DNA of 63,736 bases, counting the filler, from Reclinomonas americana ATCC 50394 (lineage: Eukaryota), in assembly GCA_048213135.1 (NCBI GenBank). It is 33 parts of 33 records of this genome, joined end to end, with 100 filler letters (N's around TTAATTAATTAA, not from the genome) between each part and the next. Parts side by side here need not be neighbours in the genome. Positions count along the whole stretch, not along the records: positions 1 to 1,308 come from AFZH01024489.1; positions 1,409 to 2,639 come from AFZH01024490.1; positions 2,740 to 3,944 come from AFZH01024492.1; positions 4,045 to 5,203 come from AFZH01024494.1; positions 5,304 to 6,426 come from AFZH01024496.1; positions 6,527 to 7,673 come from AFZH01024497.1; positions 7,774 to 9,192 come from AFZH01024499.1; positions 9,293 to 10,614 come from AFZH01024502.1; 25 more parts are not named here. One strand, given 5' to 3'. Below the pieces are notes generated by a model that saw only the letters and a list, made by a program, of their open reading frames with translations, ran no database searches and was not told the origin of the DNA. This document shows, piece by piece, positions 1 to 10,888 of the stretch; within the stretch, counting starts at the first letter, position 1; each line of letters begins with the position of its first letter. Both the position numbers and the translations under genes were made by a program.

Positions 1-303
1 CAGGCTCGCGACCGGCATCGTCACGAGCGTGACCACGACGGCGATGTAGACGCTGTTGAAGTACTGACGCGCGAACGGCTGGAACGTGAACGCCTCCGCA
101 TAGGCGGCGAGCGTCGGGGAGTCCGTGAAGATCGTCGGCGGAGATTGGAAGATCTCGTTCAACGGCTTGAGCGACGAGGCGATCATCCACACGGTCGGGA
201 CGACGAAGGGGATGGCGAGCACCGACAGCGCGACGATGAGGATGACGCGGCGCAGGACGTGGCCGGCTCGGCGCTGTCCGTGGGAGACGAGATCAGTCTT
301 CAT
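1..303 (-). CDS. Carbohydrate ABC transporter permease (second permease), 5' part
   Basis: ATG at 303 overlaps the end of the upstream permease. It reads ...AVLAIPFVVPTVWMIASSLKPLNEIF...YFNSVYIAVVV, a typical MalG-type N-terminus. Confidence 0.85.
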   Translation of the reverse strand, partial: MKTDLVSHGQRRAGHVLRRVILIVALSVLAIPFVVPTVWMIASSLKPLNEIFQSPPTIFTDSPTLAAYAEAFTFQPFARQYFNSVYIAVVVTLVTMPVASL

Positions 304-1252
304 AGAACACCCACTTCTTGCGGAGCTGCCACTGCAGGAGCGTCAGCAGCATCACGAACGTCAGCAGCATGAGCGCGAGAGTCGACCCGTAGCCGATGTT
401 GTTGAACTCGAATGCCTGCTGGAAGACGTAGTAGACCAGGACGGTCGTGGAGAGACCCGGCCCACCGCCGGTGAGGACGGCGATCTGCGCGAAGGCCTGC
501 AGCGCCCCGACGATCGTGATGATCGCGGTGAGCAGCACCGTCGGCGAGATGAGCGGGAGCGTGATGCGGAAGAAGATGGTGGCGCTGCCTGCCCCGTCGA
601 TGCGGGCGGCCTCGTGCAGCTCGCTCGGCACCCCCTGGAGGGCGGAGAGGAACAGCACCATGTTGATCCCCACGCTGCGGACCACCTGCGAGACGATCAC
701 GGCGATCATGGCCGTGTCGCCGCTCTGCAGCCAGTTCGGGCCGTCGATGCCGATGACGGAGAGGGCGCCGTTGATGCCGCCGTTGTCCTGCAGGAGGAAT
801 CCCCAGACCAGCGTCCAGGCGACGACCGACACGACGACCGGCGAGAAGAACAGCGTGCGGAAGAAGGTCACACCGCGGAATCGGCGGTTGAGCATCACGG
901 CGAGTCCCAGGCCGAGAGCGATGTTCAGGACGACGATGCCGCCGGAGAAGACCACCGTCGCGAGCAGGACGGACGGCAGCTGGGGGTCGGTCAGCAGGTC
1001 GGCGTAGTTGTCGCCGCCCACGAACTCGAGGCGGCCGCTGAAGATGTTCCAGTCGTTGAGGCTGTACCAGACGGCGAGTCCGACGGGCACGAGCACGAAC
1101 AGCACGACGCCGATGAGCTGCGGCGTGATGAACAGGTAGCCCGCGAGCTGGTCGCGGCGCGACGCCGACCAGAACCGTCGTCTGGACGGTGCGGCGGGGG
1201 GCCGGGAGGCGCCGGCGGGCGCCTCCCGGGTTTCCACGATGGTGACGGTCAT
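293..1252 (-). CDS. Carbohydrate ABC transporter permease (MalF/UgpA type)
   Basis: 319-aa ORF with multiple TM segments and the EAA loop ELHEAARIDGAG. Confidence 0.93.
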   Translation of the reverse strand: MTVTIVETREAPAGASRPPAAPSRRRFWSASRRDQLAGYLFITPQLIGVVLFVLVPVGLAVWYSLNDWNIFSGRLEFVGGDNYADLLTDPQLPSVLLATVVFSGGIVVLNIALGLGLAVMLNRRFRGVTFFRTLFFSPVVVSVVAWTLVWGFLLQDNGGINGALSVIGIDGPNWLQSGDTAMIAVIVSQVVRSVGINMVLFLSALQGVPSELHEAARIDGAGSATIFFRITLPLISPTVLLTAIITIVGALQAFAQIAVLTGGGPGLSTTVLVYYVFQQAFEFNNIGYGSTLALMLLTFVMLLTLLQWQLRKKWVFYED

Positions 1253-1308
1253 CTCAGTTCGCGAGCACGGGCTGGATCGCCTCGCACACCTCTCCGAGCA
1301 CGGCCTCG

Positions 1309-1408
1309 NNNNNNNNNNNNNNNNNNNNNNNNNNNNNNNNNNNNNNNNNNNNTTAATTAATTAANNNNNNNNNNNNNNNNNNNNNNNNNNNNNNNNNNNN
1401 NNNNNNNN
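1309..1408. other. Artificial contig spacer (N-run + TTAATTAATTAA + N-run); first of 32 identical spacers
   Basis: The same 100-nt pattern, with stops in all six frames, recurs at 2640, 3945, 5204 ... 61984. Composition and gene style often change abruptly across it. Confidence 0.98.
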
Positions 1409-1880
1409 GCGAGTTCGAGAACGGGTACGCGTAGAGCTCGTCATCGACGGAGAACTCCGCGGTGACGCTGCCCAGGAGGTCGTCGTAGTCCCAGCCCTTC
1501 GTCGCCTCGAGCTCGTCGGTGAGCGGGACGAGGGCATCCGCCGCGATGAGGTCCTTCGACAGGTCTCCCATCCAGGCGAGGTCGGGGGCGTTGCCGCCGG
1601 CGATCTGCGTGGTGAGCGTGGTGTTGTAGTCGGCGAACGGAAGGCTCTCGAAGGTGATCGATCCGATCTCCGGGTGATCGGCCTTGTACGCGTCGGCGAT
1701 CGAGTCGAACAGCGCGAGCTGGTCCTCGTTCGAGGTCCACACGCTCATCCGCAGATCGACGCTGCCGGGTGCGGCCTCGGTCTCGACGGGTTCCGGCGCA
1801 GCAGCCGCGCAGCCCGCGGTCACGAGACCGATCGATACCGTCAGCGCCGCGGCGCCGAACAGCTTCTTTGCTGTGTTCAT
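1409..1880 (-). CDS. Sugar ABC transporter substrate-binding lipoprotein, N-terminal part (C-terminal end probably at 1254-1308)
   Basis: MNTAKKLFGAAALTVSIGLVTAGC lipobox; GGNAPDLAWM and LYAYP motifs; GAAGGA RBS upstream. Confidence 0.88.
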
Positions 1881-1894
1881 GTCGTTTCCTTCTT

Positions 1895-2639
1895 CTAGTA
1901 GCCGATGATCTCGGGCCAGTGGATCTCCACGCCGACCTCGCCGAGGCGGGACTGGAGCTGTGCGGTGAGCGCAGCCTCGGCCGCGACGTCGTGGGGGCGG
2001 TGTCCCTGCTCGAGGCAGAAGCCGGCGAGCTCGCCGGCCGATTCGCCGATGTTCCATTCGACGGGGTGCAGACGGTACGCGCCGTTGGTGATGTGGGTGG
2101 TGCCGATGTTCTTCGCCGCGGCGAGCAGGTTCTTCGTCCGCACGGGGATGAGCGCGCCGAGCGGGATCTCGAACGGAGCGCACTCGACGTCGATGTAGTT
2201 GTCGCCGCCCGTCGACGGGTGCAGATCGATGCGGTACATGCCCACCCCGACCGTGTCGTCGAAGGTCGCCGGTCCCCCGTGTCCGCGGTGCGCGACGGAG
2301 ATGTCCTGCTCGACCACGGTCCGCAGCGCCCGGATGCGGCGGGACTCGCGGATGTACGGCGCCTGGGCGAAACCGTCGTCGCTGCCGATGACATCACCGC
2401 GCAGTCGGAGCCCGGGCCAGCCGTATCCGCCGTCGGGGCGCGGCGCCTCGGTCTGCAGCCAGTGGAAGTAGGCGAGCGACTGGGCCTTGGCCGCGGCGAG
2501 GTGTGACTCGCGGTCGGCGCTGTCGATGATGGACCCGCCGACGTAGTCGAGCTGCGGCCAGTTCGCCAGCACGATGTCGCTCGGGGCGAAGCCCTCGCGG
2601 AAGGTCTGCCGCGCAGCGATCCGACGGAACTGCCACAGA
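1895..2639 (-). CDS. FAD-dependent oxidoreductase (FAD_oxidored type), C-terminal part
   Basis: Motifs YIRESRRI, GVGMYRIDLH, PFEIPLGALIP and KNIGTTHITNGAYRLHPVEWNIGE. Confidence 0.85.
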
Positions 2640-2739
2640 NNNNNNNNNNNNNNNNNNNNNNNNNNNNNNNNNNNNNNNNNNNNTTAATTAATTAANNNNN
2701 NNNNNNNNNNNNNNNNNNNNNNNNNNNNNNNNNNNNNNN

Positions 2740-3919
2740 TCCCGCCGTCCTCGACCTCTGGCAGCGCGTCGGGGTCAGCCGCGTGCGGATCTCCTACGCC
2801 GGAGGCCCCGGTCTGCCGCCGGCGGACTTCGACGCACGGAGCATGCTCCACAACATCGAGCTGCAGCCCTCGCTGGAGGTCACCGACGCGGCCGCCGCGG
2901 ACTGGGCGGTCGCCAATGTGACCACGGCGATCGCCGCCGGTGCCGAGTACTTCGAGATCGGCAACGAGTTGAACCGGCCCTTCAACACGGGTGACGCCGC
3001 GCAGGCCTACATCGACAAGGCGCTCCGCCCCGTCGTCGATCGGGTCGCGGCGACCGGCTCATCGATCAAGATCATGAACAACGGCCTCGCGGGGATGGAC
3101 AAGCCCTGGGTGGAGAACTTCATCGCCGGGGGCGGCTGGGACCTCATCGACGCCTTCGCCTACCACCCCGGCCGCGGCAACTTCACCCCCGATTACATCC
3201 CGGACGGCGATGACTGGGAGGAGTCGAGCAACGGCACTTACTGGAACTTCGCCGGCGGCCTGAAGCAGCTGAAGGCGCTGATGGACGTGCACGGCGAGAA
3301 GGAGATCTGGCTCACCGAGGCGTATGCGTGCACACGGCCGAACGGCTGGTGGAACGACACCTATCGGCACGCCGCCGAGAACGTGTTCCTCACACTCGCG
3401 CTCGCGAAGGCCGAAGGCATCCGCCACGTGTGCTGGTACCAGTTCCACGACAGCGTGCTGGGAAATCCTCAGGTCGCCGACCCCGAGAACGTCGAGTACC
3501 ACTACGGCCTCATGAACCGTGACCTCAGCGCGAAGCCGTCGCTCCTGGCCTATGCGCACGCCGCGAAGACGCTCGACGGGGCGACCTTCCTCGGGAAGCT
3601 CGACCTCGGCGTCGTGAACGCCAAGGGCCTGCTGTTCGACACGCCCCTCGGGCATGCCGCCGTACTGTGGAGCCGCGCCGACGGCTACCTCCTCAACACG
3701 GATCACGATCCCGCCGACTGGCACTTCGCCGCGCCCGAGGTCTGGGTCGACCCCTGGCCGACGAAGACGACCCTCACGCTGCCGGCATCCGGCGGCACCG
3801 CGTACCAGCTCGATGCGATCGGACAGCGGTCCGACCTCGCGGTCACCTCCGGCACGGTCGACGTCGTGATCGACGGCGCGCCGCGGGTGTTCTACGGGCT
3901 CGACCTGGCGGTCGACTGA
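2740..3919 (+). CDS. Clan GH-A glycoside hydrolase-like protein (GH5/GH39-like), 5'-truncated
   Basis: Acid/base motif FEIGNELN, DAFAYHP, nucleophile motif IWLTE, followed by a beta-sandwich-like tail. Confidence 0.7.
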
Positions 3920-4043
3920 TCAGAGCCGGGCCGGGCCGAGCCGGNNNNNNNNNNNNNNNNNNNNNNNNNNNNNNNNNNNNNNNNNNNNTTAATTAATTAA
4001 NNNNNNNNNNNNNNNNNNNNNNNNNNNNNNNNNNNNNNNNNNN

Positions 4044-5203
4044 NCGGCCTCGTTACTGGCGGCAGCTTGACGACGGCTGGCAGCATGCAGGCTGGCACAA
4101 TCAGCACCGGCTCGACTGTGACTGCTGGTGGCTTGATCACTGGTGGCAGTTTGACGACGACCGGCAGCATGCAGTCGGGCACTGTGAGTTCTGCAGGGTT
4201 AATTAGTGCTGGTAGCATTACCACCACAGGTATTGTCAGGGGTAGCTACATCAGTACGTTTGGTAACATTGACGCAAACGGAATCGTTTCTGGTGGCAGT
4301 CTCTCTGCTGCCGGTTCTGTTGTTAGTGCGACTGTAAGTTCTGCCGGTCTTGTCACCGCTGGCAGCTTGTCCACCAGCGGACTGCTCTCGGCGACAACAA
4401 TAACGGTGTCTGGTACTCTGTCAGCAAACTCGATTAGTGTTTCTGGCAGTCTCATTTTCGCATCAGTGAGTACTTCTGGGTTGGTGTCTGCCGGCAGTAT
4501 TACAACGAGTGGCAGTATTTCTGCGTCGTCTGTTACGGCTGGCAGTATTGTGTCGGATAGTACGCAACTCACTGTCAGCAAGGCTGCCCGATTCAACGAT
4601 CGCGTAACTATCGACGGAAAAGCGACTTTCACGGGGACAATGTTGTCTTCCGATCGTGCGACATTTGATGATGCTGTTTCGGTCTCCGGCCTGTTAACTA
4701 CTAGCTCTGTTAACACTGTTGGCAGTGTGAGTGTCTCTGGTACTGTGACGGCGGCGTCTTTTATCGCGACGTCCTCCGTGAGTGCAACTGGAACAATCAG
4801 TAGCGGCAGCTTTACGTCGACTGGCAGCATGCAATCTGGTACTGTCAGTTCGGCTGGCTTGATCAGCGGCGGCAGTGTGACGACGGTCGGCAGCATGCAG
4901 TCTGGCACTGTGAGTTCATTCGGGTTGATCAGTGGCGGCAGTGTCACAACGGTTGGCAGCGTTCAGTCTGGCACTGTAAGCTCCTCTGGCTTGATCAATG
5001 GCGGCAGCGTGACGACGGTTGGCAGTGTCCAGTCTGGAACTATCAGCACGTCTGGTTTGATCAGCGGCGGCAGCGTGACGACGGTTGGCAGCATGCAGTC
5101 TGGCACTGCCAGCTCATCTGGTTTGATCAGTGGTGGCAATGTGACGACCACTGGATTTGTGCAGTCTGGTACTGTGAGCTCAGCTGGCCTCGTCAGCAGT
5201 GGC
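4044..5203 (+). CDS. Gly/Ser/Thr/Val-rich repeat protein fragment (11-aa period), probably eukaryotic
   Basis: Open across the whole contig. Repeats such as GSMQSGTVSSAGLISGGSVTTV vary mostly at third codon positions. Confidence 0.75.
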
Positions 5204-5303
5204 NNNNNNNNNNNNNNNNNNNNNNNNNNNNNNNNNNNNNNNNNNNNTTAATTAATTAANNNNNNNNNNNNNNNNNNNNNNNNNNNNNNNNNNNNNNNNN
5301 NNN

Positions 5304-6426
5304 GGCTGGCAGCATGCAGGCTGGCACGATCAGCACTGGCTCGACAGTGAGTGCTGGTGGTCTGATTACTGGTGGCAGTGTGACAACGGCTGGCAGTATG
5401 CAGGCTGGCACGATCAGCACCGGCTCGACTGTGACTGCTGGTGGCTTGATCACTGGCGGCAGTGTGACAACGGCTGGATCTGTGCAGGCGGGCACTGTTA
5501 GCTCGTTCGGATTGGTGAGCGCCGGAAGCTTCACAACAGGATCGACGGTAATTGCTGGCGGTCTGATTACTGGCGGCAGTGTGACGACGGCTGGCAGCGT
5601 GCATGCTGGCACGATCAGCACCGGTTCGACTGTGACTGCTGGTGGCTTGATTACTGGCGGCAGTGTTTCGTCGGCTGGGTCTGTGCAGTCAGGCACTGTG
5701 AGCTCGTTTGGGTTGGTTAGCGGTGGCAGTGTGACGACGGTCGGCAGCATGCAGTCTGGCACTGTTAGCTCCTCTGGTTTGATCAGCGGTGGCAGTATCA
5801 CAACGGTTGGCAGTGTCCAGTCTGGCAGCGTGAGCTCGTCTGGCTTAATCAGCGGCGGCAGTGTGACGACGGTCGGCAGCATGCAATCTGGCACTGTGAG
5901 CTCGTCTGGCTTGATCAGCGGCGGCAGCGTGACTACTGTCGGTAGCGTGCAGTCAGGCAGCGTGAGCTCCTTCGGCGTTGTAAGTAGTGGTAGCTTTACG
6001 ACAGTCGGTAGCGTACAATCTGGCACTGTGAGCTCTTTCGGCCTTGTGAGCAGCGGTAGTTTCACGTCAACTGGCAGCATGCAGTCTGGCACAGTTAGCT
6101 CGTCTGGCTTGATCAGCGGCGGCAGTGTGACGACGGTCGGCAGCATGCAATCTGGCACTGTGAGCTCATTCGGCTTGGTCAGTGGTGGTAGTGTGACGAC
6201 GGTCGGCAGCATGCAGAGTGGCACTTTGAGCTCTTTTGGGTTGATCAGCGGCGGCAGTTTGACGACGACTGGCAGCGTGCAATCTGGCACTGTGAGCTCG
6301 TCTGGCTTGATCAGTGGCGGCAGTGTGACGACGGTCGGCAGCATGCTGTCTGGAACTATCAGCTCGTCTGGTTTGATCAGCGGTGGCAGTGTCACAACGG
6401 TTGGCAGTGTCCAGTCTGGCAGCGTG
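5304..6426 (+). CDS. Gly/Ser/Thr/Val-rich repeat protein fragment (22-aa / 66-bp unit)
   Basis: Open across the contig; tandem GSMQSGTVSSSGLISGGSVTTV units with synonymous variation. Confidence 0.75.
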
Positions 6427-6526
6427 NNNNNNNNNNNNNNNNNNNNNNNNNNNNNNNNNNNNNNNNNNNNTTAATTAATTAANNNNNNNNNNNNNNNNNN
6501 NNNNNNNNNNNNNNNNNNNNNNNNNN

Positions 6527-7673
6527 ACCACTGCTGACTAGGCCAGCCGAGCTCACAGTACCAGACTGCACAAATCCAGTGGTTGTCACATTGCCACCAC
6601 TGATCAAACCAGACGAACTGACAGTGCCGCTCTGCAGGCTGCCAACCGTCGTCACACTGCCGCCGCTGACCAGGCCGGCGGAGCTAACCGTGCCAGATTG
6701 CATGCTGCCAACCGTCGTGAAGCTACCACTGCTAACAAGGCCGAAAGAGCTCACAGTGCCAGACTGCACGGAGCCGACCGTCGTCACACTTCCGCCGCTG
6801 ATCAACCCAAACGAGCTCACAGTGCCAGACTGCACGCTGCCGACCGTCGACACACTGCCGCCGCTGATCAACCCAGCCGAACTGACGGTGCCAGATTGCA
6901 CACTGCCAACCGTCGTGTAGCTACCACTGCTCACGAGGCCGAACGAGCTCACAGTGCCAGACTGCACGGAGCCAACCGTCGTCACGCTACCTCCGCTGAT
7001 CAAACCGAAAGAGCTCACAGTGCCAGACTGCATGCTGCCAGTTGACGTGAAGCTTCCGCTGCTCACAAGGCCAAACGAGCTAACCGTGCCCGATTGCATG
7101 CTGCCGGTCGTCGTCACACTGCCGCCGCTGATTAAACCGGATGAGCTCACAGTACCAGACTGCATGCTGCCTGCAGATGTGATACTGCCGCCGCTGATCA
7201 AGCCAGACGAGCTCACAGTGCCAGACTGCATGCTTCCGACCGTCGTCACACTGCCGCCGCTAATCAAACCAGACGAGCTCACAGTGCCAGACTGCACACT
7301 GCCAACCGCCGTCACACTGCCGCCGCTGATCAACCCGAATGAGCTGACAGTTCCAGACTGCATACTGCCAGTTGACGTGAAGCTTCCGCTGCTAACAACG
7401 CCAAAGGAGCTTAAAGTGCCAGACTGGACACTGCCGACCGTCGTAACACTGCCACCACTGATCAAGCCGGATGAGCTGACAGTACCAGATTGCATGCTGC
7501 CAACTGTTGTCACACTGCCACCACTGATCAAGCCAGACGAGCTGACAGTGCCAGATTGCACACTGCCAACTGTCGTCACGCTGCCGCCACTGATCAAACC
7601 GGATGAGCTGACAGTGCCAGATTCCACACTGCCTGTAGATGTGACACTGCCGCCGCTGATCAACCCGAATGAG
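6527..7673 (-). CDS. Gly/Ser/Thr/Val-rich repeat protein fragment (22-aa / 66-bp unit)
   Basis: Same repeat as the two previous contigs, on the opposite strand. The antisense frame has a stop at about 6918 while this frame stays open. Confidence 0.75.
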
Positions 7674-8265
7674 NNNNNNNNNNNNNNNNNNNNNNNNNNN
7701 NNNNNNNNNNNNNNNNNTTAATTAATTAANNNNNNNNNNNNNNNNNNNNNNNNNNNNNNNNNNNNNNNNNNNNCCACGCAGGAGGGCTGGATCAAGGAGC
7801 GGCGCGAGCGGATCGATCAGGCACTGGCAGGGCTCGACCGCGACTTCGCCAAGCTCGTCCCCGGCGCGAATTGACAGGAGAGGGCTGTCGCGAGGATCGG
7901 ATCGGAGGCGCCGCCCTCGGCGAGTATTTCGACCAAATCAGCGAGATTCGCCAGGAGAACTGCCGCTTTTGGGACATTCCGACGGGATTTGGATGGCAGG
8001 AGCGTTAGGCCGAGAGGTTGACAGCTGCCGGCTATATAAGTTGGTATCAACCTATCTTGAATATCAAGCCGGGTCGTGATGCCGCCCTGCCTAAACCTTC
8101 CTGGCCGAAGGCGTGTCTGGCGATGAGCAAGAGCTGATTCGGGTCGACATGCCGGCTGCCGGCTCGCTGCGATACTGCCGGACGGCGATCGCTTCGGCCG
8201 GGCTGCGGACTGTTTTGGCGTGTCTCGGCAAGTCGACACTGGCCCAGACACATGAGGAGACAACC

Positions 8266-8712
8266 ATGAAAATCGTGACGAGCCTGAGCTTCCGGGGGCA
8301 GTGCCGCGAGGCGTTCGAGTTCTATGCCAAGGTCCTGGGTGGCAAGATCACTGCGGCCATGCCCTATGGCGACGGCCCTCCCGGGATGCCGATCACCGAC
8401 GAGAAGTACAAGACCTGGCTGATGCATTGCTGGCTCGAGGTCGGCGACCAGGCACTGATGGGCGCCGATATGGACGTTGCCTGGGCTCACAACATCGACA
8501 AGCCGAAGAACGGCTTCGACGTCACGCTGCACACCAATGACAAGGCGCAGGGCCAGCGCTGGTTCGAGGAATTGTCCGAAGGGGGCAGGGCGGTGATGCC
8601 GTTCAGCGAGACTTTCTGGTCGCCAGGCTTCGGCTCTCTCGTCGACAAGTTCGGGATCCCGTGGATGGTCAACACCATCCCGTCGGCCGACTGGAAGCCG
8701 CCGCAGGGCTGA
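8266..8712 (+). CDS. VOC/glyoxalase family protein (PhnB/YjdN-like)
   Basis: GAGGAG RBS; MKIVTSLSFRGQCREAFEFY...MHCWL...ETFWSPGFGSLVDKFGIPWMVN. Confidence 0.9.
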   Translation: MKIVTSLSFRGQCREAFEFYAKVLGGKITAAMPYGDGPPGMPITDEKYKTWLMHCWLEVGDQALMGADMDVAWAHNIDKPKNGFDVTLHTNDKAQGQRWFEELSEGGRAVMPFSETFWSPGFGSLVDKFGIPWMVNTIPSADWKPPQG

Positions 8713-8844
8713 TTCAAGCCGCGTGATCGCAAAAAATCGCAGCGGCCTGTCGGCGCGGTCGAGGCCGCTGCGTCCTAGGGGCATCGAGCGCGCGTGAGGC
8801 CGCATGGCATCGCTAGCGGAACGCGATACGTCCCGGAGGCTCCT

Positions 8845-9192
8845 ATGAATCAATCCTATCGCTGGGTGATCGTCGCCGCAGGCGGCCTCTTGGGCTGCGT
8901 CGCGATCGGCGCCATGTTCTCGTTGCCGGTTTTCCTGCGGCCGATGTCGCAGGACACCGGCTGGTCGGTCACCGGCATCTCCACCGCGATGACGATCGGA
9001 TTCCTCGCCATGGCGGGCGCCAGCATGGCCTGGGGCAATCTCTCCGATCGCTACGGACCGCGGCCGGTGGTGCTGACCGGCTCGATCGTCCTGGCGGGGA
9101 GCCTGGCGCTCGCGAGCAGGGCGGACTCGCTGGTCGAGTTCCAGCTCCTCTTCGGCCTCCTGGTCGGCGCTGCGACGGCCGCCGTCTTTGCG
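8845..9192 (+). CDS. MFS transporter, 5' part
   Basis: GGAGG RBS; MFS motif A GNLSDRYGPR; hydrophobic helices. Confidence 0.88.
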
Positions 9193-9292
9193 NNNNNNNN
9201 NNNNNNNNNNNNNNNNNNNNNNNNNNNNNNNNNNNNTTAATTAATTAANNNNNNNNNNNNNNNNNNNNNNNNNNNNNNNNNNNNNNNNNNNN

Positions 9293-9573
9293 ATGGCGAG
9301 AAGGGTGGCTATCTCCTGCCGTTCCGTCGCGAGCCCATGGTGTTCCCGGCCCTCGCGCAGGAGGTCGTCGATACGATCGGCGCGGGGGACAGTTTCATGG
9401 GCGCCTTCCTCGCTTCGCTCTGGCGCAATGGCGGCCTCGGCCCGGTGATGAGGAACCTGCCGAATGAGCTCTGCGCGGCGGCTCTCGGCTTTGCCGTCGT
9501 GGTGGCGGCCGAAAACTGCGCCCAACAGGGCTGCAATCCGCCGCGGCGGGACCCGCCTTCAGCCCATGACTGA
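9293..9573 (+). CDS. PfkB-family carbohydrate kinase, C-terminal part
   Basis: VVDTIGAGDSF signature. Confidence 0.85.
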
Positions 9574-9586
9574 CGGACGAAGACCC

Positions 9587-10603
9587 ATGCGCCTCGCCTA
9601 TATCGACTACCACACCTGCGGCGAGCCGGTGCGCATCGTCACCTCAGGCTACCCGCAGCTCACCGGCGCAGGCATTCTCGACAAGCGCCGGCAGGCCCGC
9701 GAGCAGCATGACGACTTACGCCGCGCGATGATGCTGGAGCCGCGCGGCCATGACGGCATGTATGGCGTCATCCCGGTCCAGGCGAGCCATCCCGAGGCCG
9801 CCTTCGGCGTGCTGTTCACGCACAACGAGGGCTATTCGACCATGTGCGGCCACGCGACGATCGCACTCGGCCGCTATGCGATCGAGCAGGGGCTGGTGGA
9901 GGCAACCGAGCCAGTCACCCGCTTCGCCATCGAGGCGCCTTGCGGGCTGGTTCGCCTCACCTGCGAGGTCGAGGGCGGGAAGGTCGGCGATGTCAGCTTC
10001 GAGAGCGTGCCGGCCTTCGTCGAGGCGCGCGATCTCGTGGTCCCCGTGCCCGGTTACCGCGAGATCATCACCGACATCGCCTATGGCGGCGCCTATTACT
10101 GCATCCTGCCGGCCTCGCGCTTCGGGCTCGACCTGATGCAGACGCCGATCGAGGAGATCGTCGCGGCGGCCGGCGCGCTGACCGACCAGGTCCGGGCGAG
10201 CCGCAGGATCATGCATCCGACCGAGCCCGATCTCGGCTTCCTCTATGGCACGATCGTCACCGATGAGGCGGGTCCGGGCGAAGACAGCTTCAATCTCTGC
10301 GTCTTCGCCGAGCGCCAGATCGACCGCTCGCCGACCGGCTCCGGCGTCACCGCCCGGATGGCGCTCGACCATGCCAAGGGGCTGATCCCCGTCGGCCAAA
10401 ACCGCAGGATCCGCAGCGTCACCGGCGGCACCTTCACCGGAAAGGTGATCGGCCCGGTCGACTTTCTGGCTGCCGGCGCCGTCACGGTCGAGGTCGGCGG
10501 ACGCGGGCATCTCGCCGGCGAAGGCAGCTTCGTCATCGAGGCAGATGACCCGCTCGGCCATGGCTTTGCCCTGCCGAAGCGCTTCGCCGAGATCGCCGGT
10601 TAA
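9587..10603 (+). CDS. Proline racemase family protein, probably trans-3-hydroxy-L-proline dehydratase
   Basis: DYHTCGEP, EPRGH, STMCGH and DRSPTGSG motifs (Cys/Thr catalytic pair). Confidence 0.85.
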   Translation: MRLAYIDYHTCGEPVRIVTSGYPQLTGAGILDKRRQAREQHDDLRRAMMLEPRGHDGMYGVIPVQASHPEAAFGVLFTHNEGYSTMCGHATIALGRYAIEQGLVEATEPVTRFAIEAPCGLVRLTCEVEGGKVGDVSFESVPAFVEARDLVVPVPGYREIITDIAYGGAYYCILPASRFGLDLMQTPIEEIVAAAGALTDQVRASRRIMHPTEPDLGFLYGTIVTDEAGPGEDSFNLCVFAERQIDRSPTGSGVTARMALDHAKGLIPVGQNRRIRSVTGGTFTGKVIGPVDFLAAGAVTVEVGGRGHLAGEGSFVIEADDPLGHGFALPKRFAEIAG

Positions 10604-10714
10604 GTCAGGCGCTCNNNNNNNNNNNNNNNNNNNNNNNNNNNNNNNNNNNNNNNNNNNNTTAATTAATTAANNNNNNNNNNNNNNNNNNNNNNNNNNNNNN
10701 NNNNNNNNNNNNNN

Positions 10715-10859
10715 CCGGCGTCGCGGCAGGACCGAGCAGGGCCGTCGCCGGATCGCCGGGGACGAGCGCCGACAGGGCGAAGAGCAGGAGCATCGCTCCG
10801 AGCACGATCAGGACCGTGGTCGCCAGCCGGCTGGCGACGTAGTGAGCCGTTTCACTCAT
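10715..10859 (-). CDS. Dipeptide/oligopeptide ABC permease (DppB-like), 5' part
   Basis: MSETAHYVASRLATTVLIVLGAMLLLFALSALVPGDPA, with the PGDP motif. Confidence 0.85.
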
Positions 10860-10888
10860 CCGGGGCAACTCCCGTTCGGTGCGGCCAC

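Noticed and set aside
1353..1364. TTAATTAATTAA recurring about every 1-5 kb, as a possible repeat or CRISPR-like system
   Set aside because: Always embedded in fixed-length N runs; an artificial all-frame-stop linker.
4246..7721. Long antisense ORFs (LPPLIKPDELTVPDC repeats)
   Set aside because: Shadows of the Gly/Ser/Thr repeat frame; they are broken by stops while the sense frame stays open.
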